A stretch of 64,000 bases of DNA, taken from Bacteroidota bacterium. Lineage in GTDB: Bacteria > Bacteroidota > Ignavibacteria > UBA10030 > SZUA-254. The position numbers were made by a program, and so were the translations under genes. Below the pieces are notes generated by a model. That model was not told the DNA's origin. It worked only from the letters and a program-made list of their open reading frames with translations, and made no database searches. The stretch is taken from NCBI GenBank assembly GCA_033854175.1, contig JAWOKN010000056.1, positions 3,736 through 67,735 of the forward strand, read 5' to 3'. Below, one piece after another: positions 48,635-58,665 of the stretch (the first letter of the stretch is position 1; every line of letters starts with the position of its first letter).

Positions 48635-48837
48635 TTTTAATAAAATCAGCCGCCCCGATCGTCGGCGGGATCATGGGTTTCGCGTACTACAAATTTGTCG
48701 GATGCACAACGGGAGCCTGTCCGATAACGGGTAACCCGTTTATCAGCACACTCTATGGGGCGCTTCTCGGGTATCTCATCGGATCCCAGTTTACCAGAAC
48801 ATCACCACCGGACAGCAAACAAACGGACACTTTATGA
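48610..48837 (+). CDS. DUF2892-like (YgaP transmembrane-domain-like) small membrane protein
   Basis: PIVGGIMGFAYYKFVGCTTGACPITGNPF has a CP-containing motif, as in the rhodanese-associated YgaP C-terminal domain. The start is ambiguous (48610 or 48673). Confidence 0.4.
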   Translation: MEFPKPPVILIKSAAPIVGGIMGFAYYKFVGCTTGACPITGNPFISTLYGALLGYLIGSQFTRTSPPDSKQTDTL

Positions 48838-49217
48838 ACTACGGAATCTCAAAAACGGTCCACCTGTCGTACGACCAGGCAGTTGCAAAAGTAACTGAAA
48901 CCTTACAGAAGGAAGGTTTTGGCATCCTCACATCGATCGACGTCAAAGAAACCCTCAAAAAGAAACTGAACGTTGATTTCAAGCGGTACGTCATCCTGGG
49001 AGCCTGCAACCCGCACTTTGCCCATCAGACCCTTCAGATGGAAGAAAACATCGGGCTACTCCTCCCCTGCAACGTCATCGTGTACGAGAAGGACAATGCC
49101 ACAGTTGTGGCTGCATTCAATCCGATGGCCATGACGGAGCTGATCGGGAACCGGTCGCTCGAAAAAATTGCCCGGGAGGTAGCCGACCGGCTTGAGCGGG
49201 CAATTAACGCCGTATAA
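48834..49217 (+). CDS. DUF302 domain protein
   Basis: DFKRYVILGACNPHFAHQTL...LLLPCNVIVYEKDNATVVAAFNP is the typical DUF302 core. Confidence 0.75.
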   Translation: MNYGISKTVHLSYDQAVAKVTETLQKEGFGILTSIDVKETLKKKLNVDFKRYVILGACNPHFAHQTLQMEENIGLLLPCNVIVYEKDNATVVAAFNPMAMTELIGNRSLEKIAREVADRLERAINAV

Positions 49218-49558
49218 TCCCCGGAAGAGAAAACTTTTCCCGTGTCTCCGGGTGTGAGAAGACAAACCATCCCCATCTCCCGGCGGAGACAATCCACGCA
49301 ATCCGGCTGAGTCTCAGAAAATTGACCCAGAACGTCACTCGAGACTAAAACCAAGTACTGGAAGAATAGTTACATCACCTCCCCCGGATCGAGCGGTGAC
49401 TTCAGAGTTTCCGCAGAATGAAACCCCGAACGATGCGCTGAAATTCTTAATCTTCTTCACTTCCCACACACTAGTCTATAAATATTCATCGGCATGGAAA
49501 GCAACACCGCTCCTGCAATCAAATGTGAAACAGCAGGTGGCAAACCATGTTGCCCGGC

Positions 49559-50110
49559 CTATCTCAGTACGCCACACTGCAGACTGAACAGCATGGCGAC
49601 ATATGATCGATCTCTATTAAGGTTCGCCGGAATATCTACACCGAGACCGAAGTATGGAAGGGGTGTCCAAAAAAACTGCCCGTCCAGGGCAAGACCCACC
49701 GTACGATAGGTGAGCTTTTCATATTCGGCCGAGCTATAGAAGTACCGGCCACGAAGGATCACGCCGACAAAACTGACGCCTGCGGATATTGAGGCAAGAT
49801 CCGTCTGTGTCTTCTTGAGGATGAGCCCATAAAGAGCACCGAGGTCCCTGACGGATTCGGGGGGATCGGGACCCATGATGCGCATTTCCTCATTATACAC
49901 AAAACGGATCGAAACGACATGCATACCGGTTTGATAGGAAACGTTTACGCCGGCAGATCCGCCGGCTGAACCGAGTCCAATTCCCCCATTGATCCAATAA
50001 TGATTTCCCGCGGCATCGCCCGAACTATCCCCGGGCGGAGAGGGAACCATTCCGGACGTTATTGTCAAAGAAAGAAGACAAACGATAAATATGAAATTCA
50101 ATCGAACCAT
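49559..50110 (-). CDS. hypothetical exported protein
   Basis: The MVRLNFIFIVCLLSLTITSG signal-like N-terminus is followed by a Gly-rich body. There is no family call. Confidence 0.3.
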   Translation of the reverse strand: MVRLNFIFIVCLLSLTITSGMVPSPPGDSSGDAAGNHYWINGGIGLGSAGGSAGVNVSYQTGMHVVSIRFVYNEEMRIMGPDPPESVRDLGALYGLILKKTQTDLASISAGVSFVGVILRGRYFYSSAEYEKLTYRTVGLALDGQFFWTPLPYFGLGVDIPANLNRDRSYVAMLFSLQCGVLR

Positions 50111-50130
50111 TTCGCCCAGACGCATTGACT

Positions 50131-50700
50131 CTATGATGACGGCCGTTTCGATTTCAACTTCGGTTGAATGACATAATCCACCTGCCGCTGGAAAGAGTGC
50201 TTATTTTCATTAAAGACAGATTTGTACATCACACTTTTCTCATCGATCGCACGGTCGACTGCAAGTATCCCGTCAAGATGGTCGATCTCATGCTGCAGGA
50301 GTTCAGACCGGGCACGACCGAGTTTCTCCCATTTCCGGATATTGCCTGATTCATCCCGGAAGGTCAAACTGATCGAAGTACAGCGTCTGACCTTCACCAG
50401 GAGGTCGGGAAATGACATGCAGTCATCCCAGAGGGTGAATGTTTCCTTCGAATGCCAGGTAATGAGCGGATTGACGACCATGAACGGACCATTTCCAAGG
50501 TTCAGGGCAATGAAACGTTTATTGATGCCGATCTGGGGAGCAGCGATCCCCCGGCCGAATCCCATCTCCCGTCTGAATCTTTCGAGTGCACTCTTCAAGG
50601 AACTCATTTCCCTGTGTAACTGCGGATCCTTGAAATCCTTTACTTCCCGGGATATCTTTCGCAGACGCGGATCACCGAGTAACAAGACCTTCTTCAACAT
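50131..50700 (-). CDS. def: peptide deformylase
   Basis: GIAAPQIG and HEIDHLDG motifs. Motif 2 reads DDCMSFP. Confidence 0.85.
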   Translation of the reverse strand: MLKKVLLLGDPRLRKISREVKDFKDPQLHREMSSLKSALERFRREMGFGRGIAAPQIGINKRFIALNLGNGPFMVVNPLITWHSKETFTLWDDCMSFPDLLVKVRRCTSISLTFRDESGNIRKWEKLGRARSELLQHEIDHLDGILAVDRAIDEKSVMYKSVFNENKHSFQRQVDYVIQPKLKSKRPSS

Positions 50701-50900
50701 AGTGACAGTCCATCAATGGTTATCGACAGGCAGCTGCACAAAGGTAATAATCTTTGGCAGGAGGTGCAATACAGTATCCCTTCCGGTAATCTGATAAGGA
50801 CCGGGTAAAGGCCCTCCGACCATCAAATCTTCGTACAATCCATTTTGCGCACTGGCTTTTCACGATCATGATTATTACATTCTGCTGAATTTTCAACCTC

Positions 50901-52562
50901 GTGAGGTTGCTTGATATGTCAGGTCCGGGAATATCCCTGTTTTTTAAAAAAGCGCATCTCATTGTAGAGATCCTCCTCCTCCACCTAGTCGGGTATCCCG
51001 CATTAGCTGGTCCTCAGCAGAAGACAGAGTACAACACCGGCATCCGGCCGTTCCATGTAAGTTACTACCGGCTCAATCTGCGAATTGCCACCTCACCAAA
51101 CAGAATACACGGGCAGGTTCTCGCAAAGATCGTCGGCACAGGAGACAGCCTGCGCACCATCAAGCTTGATCTCATCCGCTCCACAATGCTCATCGACTCA
51201 GTCACTGTCGCCGGCCGAAAGTCCACGTTTGTCCAGGACTCGGCAACATTCACGATCATGCTCGACAGAGTCTATCATCGTGGTGAGGCGGTCACAACCG
51301 GGATTTTCTATCATAACACGTATGATGGCCGGCGTTTTGGTGATTTCGTCTTTGCGACCTTCGGAACCGATAATCCTTGGATCTGGAGTACAAGTGAAAC
51401 CGAGATGGCGCGATTCTGGTGGCCCTGCAATGACCATCCCTCGGATAAAGCTGACTCAGTCGACATGATTGTCACCGTCGACCGGAACCTCAAGGTAGGC
51501 TCAAACGGAATACTTGTATCGGTCACCGACAATCCGGACCGCACCCGGACATATCACTGGCACGAAAGCTATCCCATCGCGACATATCTCGTCTCTGTGG
51601 CCATAGCCGATTATGCAGCGTACTCGGACTGGTGGAAGTACACCGACCGCGATTCGATGGAGATACTCAACTATGTATTTCCTGCGGATCTGGAGGATGC
51701 AAAGGAAAATTTTAGTTGTGTGCGTGATGGACTCACCATCTTTTCAAGATTATTTGGCCGTTATCCGTTCGCAAAGGAAAAATACGGCGTTGCTGAATGC
51801 GGTGCCGGTCTGGAAAACCAGACCATGATCTCCTTGGCATTGCGTCATTGGAGCGAGAGAAACATCATCCACGAGCTCGCACATCAATGGTTCGGTGATA
51901 TGATCACCTGCAGAACGTGGAGCGAACTTTGGCTCAACGAGGGATTTACGGAATATTGCAATGCCCTTTACCTCGAACAGAAGCACGGGGCGTCAGAATA
52001 CCGGGCATTCATCAATGATCACATGGCTCAAGCTCGGAACGCATCCGGATCGCTCCATCTCACAGATACAACGGATCCGGCAAAGATGTTCGAAGGACCC
52101 CTTGTTTATTTCAAGGGTGCATCGGTGCTCCACATGCTCAGGCGCATTCTCGGTGACAGCTTGTTCTTCAAAGTACTGTATGAATACGCAAACGATCCTC
52201 ATCTGAAATATGCCACAGCAACAACCGAAGACTTCCGCGCTGTCTGTGAGCGCACATCGGGCAAAGACCTCGGATATTTCTTCGATGAATGGGTCTATGG
52301 GGAGGGCCACCCTACGTATAAATATTCCTGGACCTCGGAGCATTCCGGAAACGGAGAGAGCCTGACCGTTCGAATACGCCAGTTCAATTACCACTCAAAA
52401 CCCGATTATTTTATCATGCCGGTAGATTTGAAGATCTGGGCTGGCGGGAAGGACAGCATCATCACACTTTGGAACGACAAACCCGATCAAATATTCCAAA
52501 TTCAATGGCATCGCAAACCGAGCTTGATGATTCTCGATCCCGGGAACTGGATATTGAAATAG
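50901..52562 (+). CDS. M1-family zinc aminopeptidase
   Basis: HELAHQWFGD...WLNEGFTEY (HExxH+E) and the upstream GAGLENQTM (GAMEN-like) motif. The start codon is uncertain. Confidence 0.8.
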   Translation: MRLLDMSGPGISLFFKKAHLIVEILLLHLVGYPALAGPQQKTEYNTGIRPFHVSYYRLNLRIATSPNRIHGQVLAKIVGTGDSLRTIKLDLIRSTMLIDSVTVAGRKSTFVQDSATFTIMLDRVYHRGEAVTTGIFYHNTYDGRRFGDFVFATFGTDNPWIWSTSETEMARFWWPCNDHPSDKADSVDMIVTVDRNLKVGSNGILVSVTDNPDRTRTYHWHESYPIATYLVSVAIADYAAYSDWWKYTDRDSMEILNYVFPADLEDAKENFSCVRDGLTIFSRLFGRYPFAKEKYGVAECGAGLENQTMISLALRHWSERNIIHELAHQWFGDMITCRTWSELWLNEGFTEYCNALYLEQKHGASEYRAFINDHMAQARNASGSLHLTDTTDPAKMFEGPLVYFKGASVLHMLRRILGDSLFFKVLYEYANDPHLKYATATTEDFRAVCERTSGKDLGYFFDEWVYGEGHPTYKYSWTSEHSGNGESLTVRIRQFNYHSKPDYFIMPVDLKIWAGGKDSIITLWNDKPDQIFQIQWHRKPSLMILDPGNWILK

Positions 52563-52648
52563 CCGCGGTTTTATCCGGAAATGACGGGAGATCGATTCCA
52601 TCAATGTCCCGTACTCTGCGGTTGTTAGTAGGGTAGTACTCGACGGAT

Positions 52649-53068
52649 CTATCCGAGTGAGCGGAATTTTTCCCTAAGAGAAGCAATCCGTTCGCGATGA
52701 CCGCAATAAGGACGGGCATACCTCTCGAAATCACCTGCCGGCAAGTTCGCACAGATATCTGGAACCTCATCCCACTGCAACTGGGCCCTCTCCAGAAGCG
52801 GGCACGATTCCACCGGACACTCCCCGCAATTCTTGAGGCCCTTCTCAAGGCAGCACCGGCGCGCGGTGCACCGGATGCTCGTATGGAACACCTGATCATC
52901 GGGACTCAGGCATCCTCCGCAGGATATGTTGGCAGTTTTCTCATCGAGTCCATAGATTCTCCGCCAGGCCTCGGCGACCTCCTGCTGAAACGATGACCCC
53001 TTCGAGGCAGCACGATACGCCCCGCATTTGGAGCATATCACTCCGCAGGCTGACACCACATCATTCAT
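52649..53068 (-). CDS. DUF3795-like Cys-rich protein
   Basis: N-terminal CGVICSKCGAY motif, with 14 Cys in total. Confidence 0.45.
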   Translation of the reverse strand: MNDVVSACGVICSKCGAYRAASKGSSFQQEVAEAWRRIYGLDEKTANISCGGCLSPDDQVFHTSIRCTARRCCLEKGLKNCGECPVESCPLLERAQLQWDEVPDICANLPAGDFERYARPYCGHRERIASLREKFRSLG

Positions 53069-53105
53069 AAAGATTCCTTCAAGTCATTCTGCCACATATC
53101 CGGAT

Positions 53106-53561
53106 TCAGGATTGTTCCTGCCGGTTCTTCCAATCGGTCACATGATCACACGTGTAGCACATCCTGTTGTGGACGCTCACAACATCCTTTCCGCATCTTC
53201 GGCAAAGGAACCGCTGTGTTTGCTTCCGGAGAAACACCTCCAGACCGACTTCCTGAATCTGTCTGAGGTTTTCGATGAAGCTTATCCGATATGTTGTCCG
53301 ATAGCGCCTGTCGATGTTTTCCAGATGTTTGCATGGAAAGACGGGGCATTCATAACAGAATGTCACCCGGCCTTTGGAGAGCCGCTGGCACTGACCCTTG
53401 ATATAGGCGCAGTTCTTGGGGCGGATACGGCAGCCGGAGCAATGCGAGATTTTACCCCGTTTCCTCTGGATGCCGTGGGAATACGCCAGAAATGCACTGC
53501 AGACTCCGCAGTTCATTCCGCATGGTGCAATCTGATCCTGTGTGAAGACATTTACTGACAT
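53106..53561 (-). CDS. DUF3795-like Cys-rich protein (paralog)
   Basis: CGMNCGVCSAF... shows the same N-terminal pattern. It is adjacent to the preceding gene and co-oriented. Confidence 0.45.
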   Translation of the reverse strand: MSVNVFTQDQIAPCGMNCGVCSAFLAYSHGIQRKRGKISHCSGCRIRPKNCAYIKGQCQRLSKGRVTFCYECPVFPCKHLENIDRRYRTTYRISFIENLRQIQEVGLEVFLRKQTQRFLCRRCGKDVVSVHNRMCYTCDHVTDWKNRQEQS

Positions 53562-53617
53562 CGGCAACCCTTCCAAAAATCGGACGACAGCGGTCCGCAA
53601 TAGTCAACGATACAACA

Positions 53618-54436
53618 TCACATAAACCATTTTTTCTGATTATGCACCGCGTCGCCGAACTCGCGCATGAACGCCATATCCTCCGCATCCAGCGGACCCT
53701 TGTGCACCGCGGCGATATTCTCCCGCAGCTGGCGTTCGTTTCTTGGGGCCGTCAGGACAACCTGAACGTTCGGGTTCGAGAGAACAAACCGATAGCACTC
53801 CCCTGCCGTCGGAACGCGCCCGTCCTTCGGCCAGGATTTCGGGCGCCTCAGGAGATAAGTCCAGCGCGTGGCCGTATAGCTGATCACACCCGGATTGTGC
53901 GGCGCAAGATGAGGAAAGATATCCCGTTCGGCACCGCGATGGGCTGCATTATAGCGCAGCATCAATGCATCAACGGAGCCGTTGGCGGCAAGCGTGCCGA
54001 GCAACACCCGATTATGGCTTGAAAGCCCTACAGCCCGAACCTTCCCTTCCTCCTTGAGTTTCAGCAGGTCCTCATGGACTTTCGGTGTAAACTCGGCCGG
54101 TTTCATCACCCCCAGAAAGAGAAAGACATCGATGTAATCCGTCTTAAACTGGCGCAATCGCTTCTCCAGTGCCGACCGGACATTCTGTGACCACCAGATA
54201 TAATTATACGCCCCGGTCACCAGGACGAACTTATCGCGTCGGGGAGGTATCAGCTTCCGGAGCGCCCTTGTCATCTGCAGATCAATCCCGAATCCGAAGA
54301 AGAGGTTGATGCCCTCCTCCACTGCGGCATAGACAGTTTTCTGGCCCGGGTAATAGGAGGCTGAGGCACCGAGCGGGGTTACACTGATGCCTGTATTACC
54401 GAAGGATCGAAGCTGAAAAGACGTCGACATAGGCAC
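53618..54436 (-). CDS. aldo/keto reductase
   Basis: AKR family TIM-barrel motifs (AVGLSSHN..., GVISYTATRW). Confidence 0.8.
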   Translation of the reverse strand: MPMSTSFQLRSFGNTGISVTPLGASASYYPGQKTVYAAVEEGINLFFGFGIDLQMTRALRKLIPPRRDKFVLVTGAYNYIWWSQNVRSALEKRLRQFKTDYIDVFLFLGVMKPAEFTPKVHEDLLKLKEEGKVRAVGLSSHNRVLLGTLAANGSVDALMLRYNAAHRGAERDIFPHLAPHNPGVISYTATRWTYLLRRPKSWPKDGRVPTAGECYRFVLSNPNVQVVLTAPRNERQLRENIAAVHKGPLDAEDMAFMREFGDAVHNQKKWFM

Positions 54437-54511
54437 CTCTCCTAATCTTGTAGACTATGAAAAAACCAGGTTCATCGGTATTATATCCGTTATGGGGTAC
54501 AATCTTCATTC

Positions 54512-55588
54512 TCATTCCAAAGGTTTTCTCTTTCGCACCTCTTTCAGGGCAGCCTTGACCATTTTACCAAACTGCTTATCCTTCCTACGCCGTTCGGCAT
54601 AGGACATCTGATAAAACGCCGACTCCTTCATCAATTTGAGATAATTCTGGTATCGTTCTTTATCCAGCGCCCCCTCTTCGACAGCCTTAAGAACTGCGCA
54701 GCCGGCTTCCCTCGTATGCGTGCAATCCCTGTATTTGCAGTTCGCGGCGAGTTCGCTTATTTCAGAGAAGCTCGAATCGATGCCCGCGTCGGCTGCCATC
54801 ACGCCCAATTCGCGCATCCCGGGAGTATCGATGAGAAGGGCGCCGGTATCAAGTACGCTGAGCTGGCGCCGGGCGGTGGTATGCCTTCCCCTCCCGTCCT
54901 TCTCGCGGACGGGATGAGTTTCAAACTCATCACGGCCCAGCAGATGGTTCAAAAGTGTCGTTTTGCCGACCCCTGAGGAGCCAAGCATACAATAGGTCCT
55001 TGACCGCTCGAGCAATTCCCGGATCGTCCCCAGCCCGTCGCCCGTGGTGTTACTAAATGCAATAACCGGGGCACTGATATGAGCGTTCTTGATCTCCAGA
55101 GCATATTGTTCCAGTTCTCCGGCCTGAACGAGATCCGATTTACTCAAGAGAATCACCGGTCTGATCCGGCCTTCATGAACCATGACAAGATACCGTTCCA
55201 TCCGCCGGACATTAAAATTTGCATCACACGATTGCATGATAAACGCAACGTCGATATTCGAAGCAATCATCTGATATTCAACTTTTTTCCCGGCCGCTTT
55301 CCGGCGCAGGAAAGACTTCCTCGGCAACACTTCATGGATGATTGCGAGTGAATCCTCATTATAATAATCCGCAAGCACCCAATCCCCCACACACGGGAGG
55401 TCCTGGCCCGAGTCCGCCGAAAAAAGAAGATTCCCCGTCACCTCCGCCTGAACCTCCGATCGTTCGTTCAGGACAAGGTACCGATCACGGTCGACCCTCG
55501 TTACGCGCGCAACATGTAAATCAGGCTTCTTCAGCGCATCCCTTCGCTCCCGAAACCAGCCATCAAATCCGAGTTCAGACAGTTTCAT
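54512..55588 (-). CDS. rsgA: ribosome small-subunit-dependent GTPase A
   Basis: Circularly permuted GTPase (LGSSGVGKTTLLN, DTPG) with a C-terminal zinc knuckle (CKYRDCTHTREAGCAV). Confidence 0.85.
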   Translation of the reverse strand: MKLSELGFDGWFRERRDALKKPDLHVARVTRVDRDRYLVLNERSEVQAEVTGNLLFSADSGQDLPCVGDWVLADYYNEDSLAIIHEVLPRKSFLRRKAAGKKVEYQMIASNIDVAFIMQSCDANFNVRRMERYLVMVHEGRIRPVILLSKSDLVQAGELEQYALEIKNAHISAPVIAFSNTTGDGLGTIRELLERSRTYCMLGSSGVGKTTLLNHLLGRDEFETHPVREKDGRGRHTTARRQLSVLDTGALLIDTPGMRELGVMAADAGIDSSFSEISELAANCKYRDCTHTREAGCAVLKAVEEGALDKERYQNYLKLMKESAFYQMSYAERRRKDKQFGKMVKAALKEVRKRKPLE

Positions 55589-55653
55589 AGGTTGTTCTCA
55601 CGATCGGACCAAAGAATATACGGTGCACATACTTGCCGGGGCAAGATGCTATA

Positions 55654-56076
55654 TCAGAAATACTTGACTTTGAAATCGAGGACCTCCAACCGCGAAGGAC
55701 GTCCCCTGTTGTTTCGAGCATTTTCCATTTCCCGGGAAAAGAAATCCTTATCGAGGCCATTCTTCTCAACTATGGATATCAGCCATTGCTCTTCATCCGC
55801 ATGGATTACTTCATGATCGACGAAAGCGAGATGGAGCCCGTCCTTGACAAACTTGACAGCCAATTCCTTCGAAGAGAACGCCGGCGGTGCATCCTCGATA
55901 TAGGGATTGTCAAGAATCTCATGGATGGCATTGTCGCAAAACTCCTTTTCGAAACCGAGGGATTTGCCGATGCTTTTCATCAGATCGATCTCAGGCTGAG
56001 TGATTTGCCGGTCCTTTCTTATGAGTAAGAGAAGACCTCTGAAATAATTACTCGCGTCAATAATATCAAGTTTCAT
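55654..56076 (-). CDS. TerB-like (tellurite-resistance TerB / DjlA N-domain fold) protein
   Basis: Two-helical-repeat pattern (ITQPEIDLMKSIGKSLG...; ADEEQWLISIVEKNGL). Weak call. Confidence 0.3.
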   Translation of the reverse strand: MKLDIIDASNYFRGLLLLIRKDRQITQPEIDLMKSIGKSLGFEKEFCDNAIHEILDNPYIEDAPPAFSSKELAVKFVKDGLHLAFVDHEVIHADEEQWLISIVEKNGLDKDFFSREMENARNNRGRPSRLEVLDFKVKYF

Positions 56077-56381
56077 TGCGCACCCGACCCACGGAATTGA
56101 CGGTCACCGGTCTTTTCACCTGCAATACCAGACACCTTTCGAAAACTTTAACGTCATCCCGATCGTCTCAGTTATGATTCCGGGAAATTAGATACATGGA
56201 AAGAACGCCCGCCCCCGATGATAGGCTAATTTACAAAATCGTTAAGGGAAAAGAAACCCCGGATCAGGCATAAAGACATCCCGGGCAGAGATAAGTATCT
56301 GTTGTTCTACGATATGCGCGGTAACGATATTGATGAAAATAAGGGTGTAAATCATTATCCTCCCGGCGAGGAAAATCCATA

Positions 56382-58490
56382 TTATTTCACGAGCAGCATT
56401 GTTTCTGTCTTCGTATACTCTCCCGCCTGCAAGCGGTAGAAATAAGGTCCACTCGGCAACTCCGCGGCACTGAATGTTCTCGCATAGACCCCGGCCGCCA
56501 ACCTCTCCCTGTCGATCATCGTCCCCACCAGCTGACCCAGCAGATTAAACACCTTCAACGTAACGACCGATTGTTTCGGAAGGCCAAACGCAATTGTGGT
56601 TGATGGGTTAAAGGGATTGGGATAATTTCGCGACAGATAAAATCGCGCTGGCAGGGGATCGTGGGCGGGTTCAATCCCCGTCATCATCTCCGACAATGGA
56701 CGTCTCCACACCCCGCTCGTCACCGTTCCTGCGAAAAGGTTTCCATTATTCACAGCAAAAGCATAAACCGTCGTATTCGGCATTCCCAGATTGACCTGGG
56801 TCCAGTACACCCCGTCGTTCGTCGAAAGAAAAATCCCGCTGTCACTTCCCGCAAAGATATTCAACACGCCCCCTCCCTGAATCGTCAAGAGCGACCTTAT
56901 GTTGAAATTTGTCAGGCCTGAATCGGCAGGAACCCAGCTCCCACCGTTATTCGTTGAACAAAAAACCCCCCCGCCCAGTGTGCCGGCAAAAAGGCGTGTT
57001 TCGGTACCGGCAAGAGCGCGCACGTCCAGATTCGACAGATTTGAACTGACATCGGTCCAGCTCGTTCCATTATTTGTGGAGAGGAAAACGCCACCGCCGG
57101 ATGTCCCTGTAAACAAATTTGTCCCCCCGCCCCCGTCGGGGACAACGGCAAACGAGCGTATTATGGAATTCGTCAGGCCAGAATCGGCCGCACTCCAGCT
57201 CGTTCCATTATTCGTCGAGAGAAACACGCCGCCTCCGGAGCTACCCGCAAAGACAGTGCCACCGCTCACAGCGAGGGAACTGAAGAGGGGATAGATCAGG
57301 CCCGAATCAACAGGGATCCATTCCGTCCCATTATTGGTGGAGAGAAAAACCCCGCTGCGCGCTGCGGCAAAGAGATTCGTACCGCTCGACGCAAGGGCGG
57401 AGATATACACGTCGTACAGTCCGGAACTCGCCGGGGACCAGTTCAACCCGCCGTCGGTGGTGCGAAATACGCCGTTACCGGATGTTCCCGCGAAAACATT
57501 TATTCCATCGGAGGAAAGAGCCCTCACCGAGGTATTCGTCAGACCTGAGCTGGCAGAGCTCCAGCTTGTCCCATCATCCGTGGAAAGATAGACCCCACCG
57601 CCATACGTGCCGGCAAAAAGATTCGTTCCGTTGACGGCAATCGAATAGACCGAACCGTTGATCAAACCCGAATCCACCGACACCCAGTTTTTCCCGCTGT
57701 TTGTTGACCGGAAGACGCCAGTACCGCCGCCTGCGTACAACGCCGTCCCTTTTGAAGCAAGAGTTCTAACATACGGATTCCATAAATCTGAATCGGCGCG
57801 GGTCCAATTTTGACCGTTATTGGTGGAAACACATACACCGCCGCCCCAGGTACCGGCAAAAAGATATGAACCGCTGACGGTCAGGGTACCCACTTGGGAA
57901 TTTGTCAGTCCGGAGTTAACAGCAGTCCAGGCGGATCCGTTGTTCGTAGAACGAAAAACCCCATTGTTCATCGTCCCGGCAAATATGTTCACCCCGTTGA
58001 CACCGAGGGCAAGAATGGATGAATCGGTCAATCCTCCGCTCGCAGACGTCCAGGTAAGCCCATTATTGGTCGACCGGAAGACTCCGCTCCCGGATGTTCC
58101 CGCGAAGATACTCGTTCCATTCACAGCCAGGGACGATACAAACATGTTCCAGAGGCCGGAATTCCGTCCGGTCCATGTCGCCCCGTTATCCGTGGAAAGA
58201 AAAACACCGCCTCCGCGGGTACCCGCAAAGATATTCGTGCCGCTCAGGGCGAATGAATAGACATACATACTGCTCAGACCAGAGGGAGTCCACGTCGAGC
58301 CGGTATTTGTGGAATGAAAAATCCCGTTATCAGTCCCCGCGAAAAGATCTGCACCATTAACGGCTATGGCATACACATCGCCGCCAAAGGGACCGTTCGT
58401 CTGCACCCATTGAGCTTCAAGCTGATTCACCACAAAAGAGAATAAACACAGAAATGATACCATTCGCAGCATAAACCCTCCTTGCACCAT
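56382..58490 (-). CDS. BNR/Sortilin-type repeat protein with T9SS C-terminal sorting domain
   Basis: Signal peptide, then at least 12 tandem ~47-aa repeats (GGGVF.STNNG.SWT...SGL.N..V.SLA..G.N.FAGT). C-terminus is NYPNPFNPSTTIAFGLPKQSVVTLKVFNLLGQ. Confidence 0.75.
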   Translation of the reverse strand: MVQGGFMLRMVSFLCLFSFVVNQLEAQWVQTNGPFGGDVYAIAVNGADLFAGTDNGIFHSTNTGSTWTPSGLSSMYVYSFALSGTNIFAGTRGGGVFLSTDNGATWTGRNSGLWNMFVSSLAVNGTSIFAGTSGSGVFRSTNNGLTWTSASGGLTDSSILALGVNGVNIFAGTMNNGVFRSTNNGSAWTAVNSGLTNSQVGTLTVSGSYLFAGTWGGGVCVSTNNGQNWTRADSDLWNPYVRTLASKGTALYAGGGTGVFRSTNSGKNWVSVDSGLINGSVYSIAVNGTNLFAGTYGGGVYLSTDDGTSWSSASSGLTNTSVRALSSDGINVFAGTSGNGVFRTTDGGLNWSPASSGLYDVYISALASSGTNLFAAARSGVFLSTNNGTEWIPVDSGLIYPLFSSLAVSGGTVFAGSSGGGVFLSTNNGTSWSAADSGLTNSIIRSFAVVPDGGGGTNLFTGTSGGGVFLSTNNGTSWTDVSSNLSNLDVRALAGTETRLFAGTLGGGVFCSTNNGGSWVPADSGLTNFNIRSLLTIQGGGVLNIFAGSDSGIFLSTNDGVYWTQVNLGMPNTTVYAFAVNNGNLFAGTVTSGVWRRPLSEMMTGIEPAHDPLPARFYLSRNYPNPFNPSTTIAFGLPKQSVVTLKVFNLLGQLVGTMIDRERLAAGVYARTFSAAELPSGPYFYRLQAGEYTKTETMLLVK

Positions 58491-58665
58491 GCATTTGACC
58501 CATGAGATCGGAAATAAACAGTAACCCCTCTGCCCCCGGGAATTTACATCTGCAATCCACCATTATACTACGGGACGAACATGGAAGTTCCACGGATAGG
58601 AAAATATTTTTCACGCCCATGAAGCTTTGATAAAAGGCACGCCTGCCGCCTCTCAGGCGTATGTG

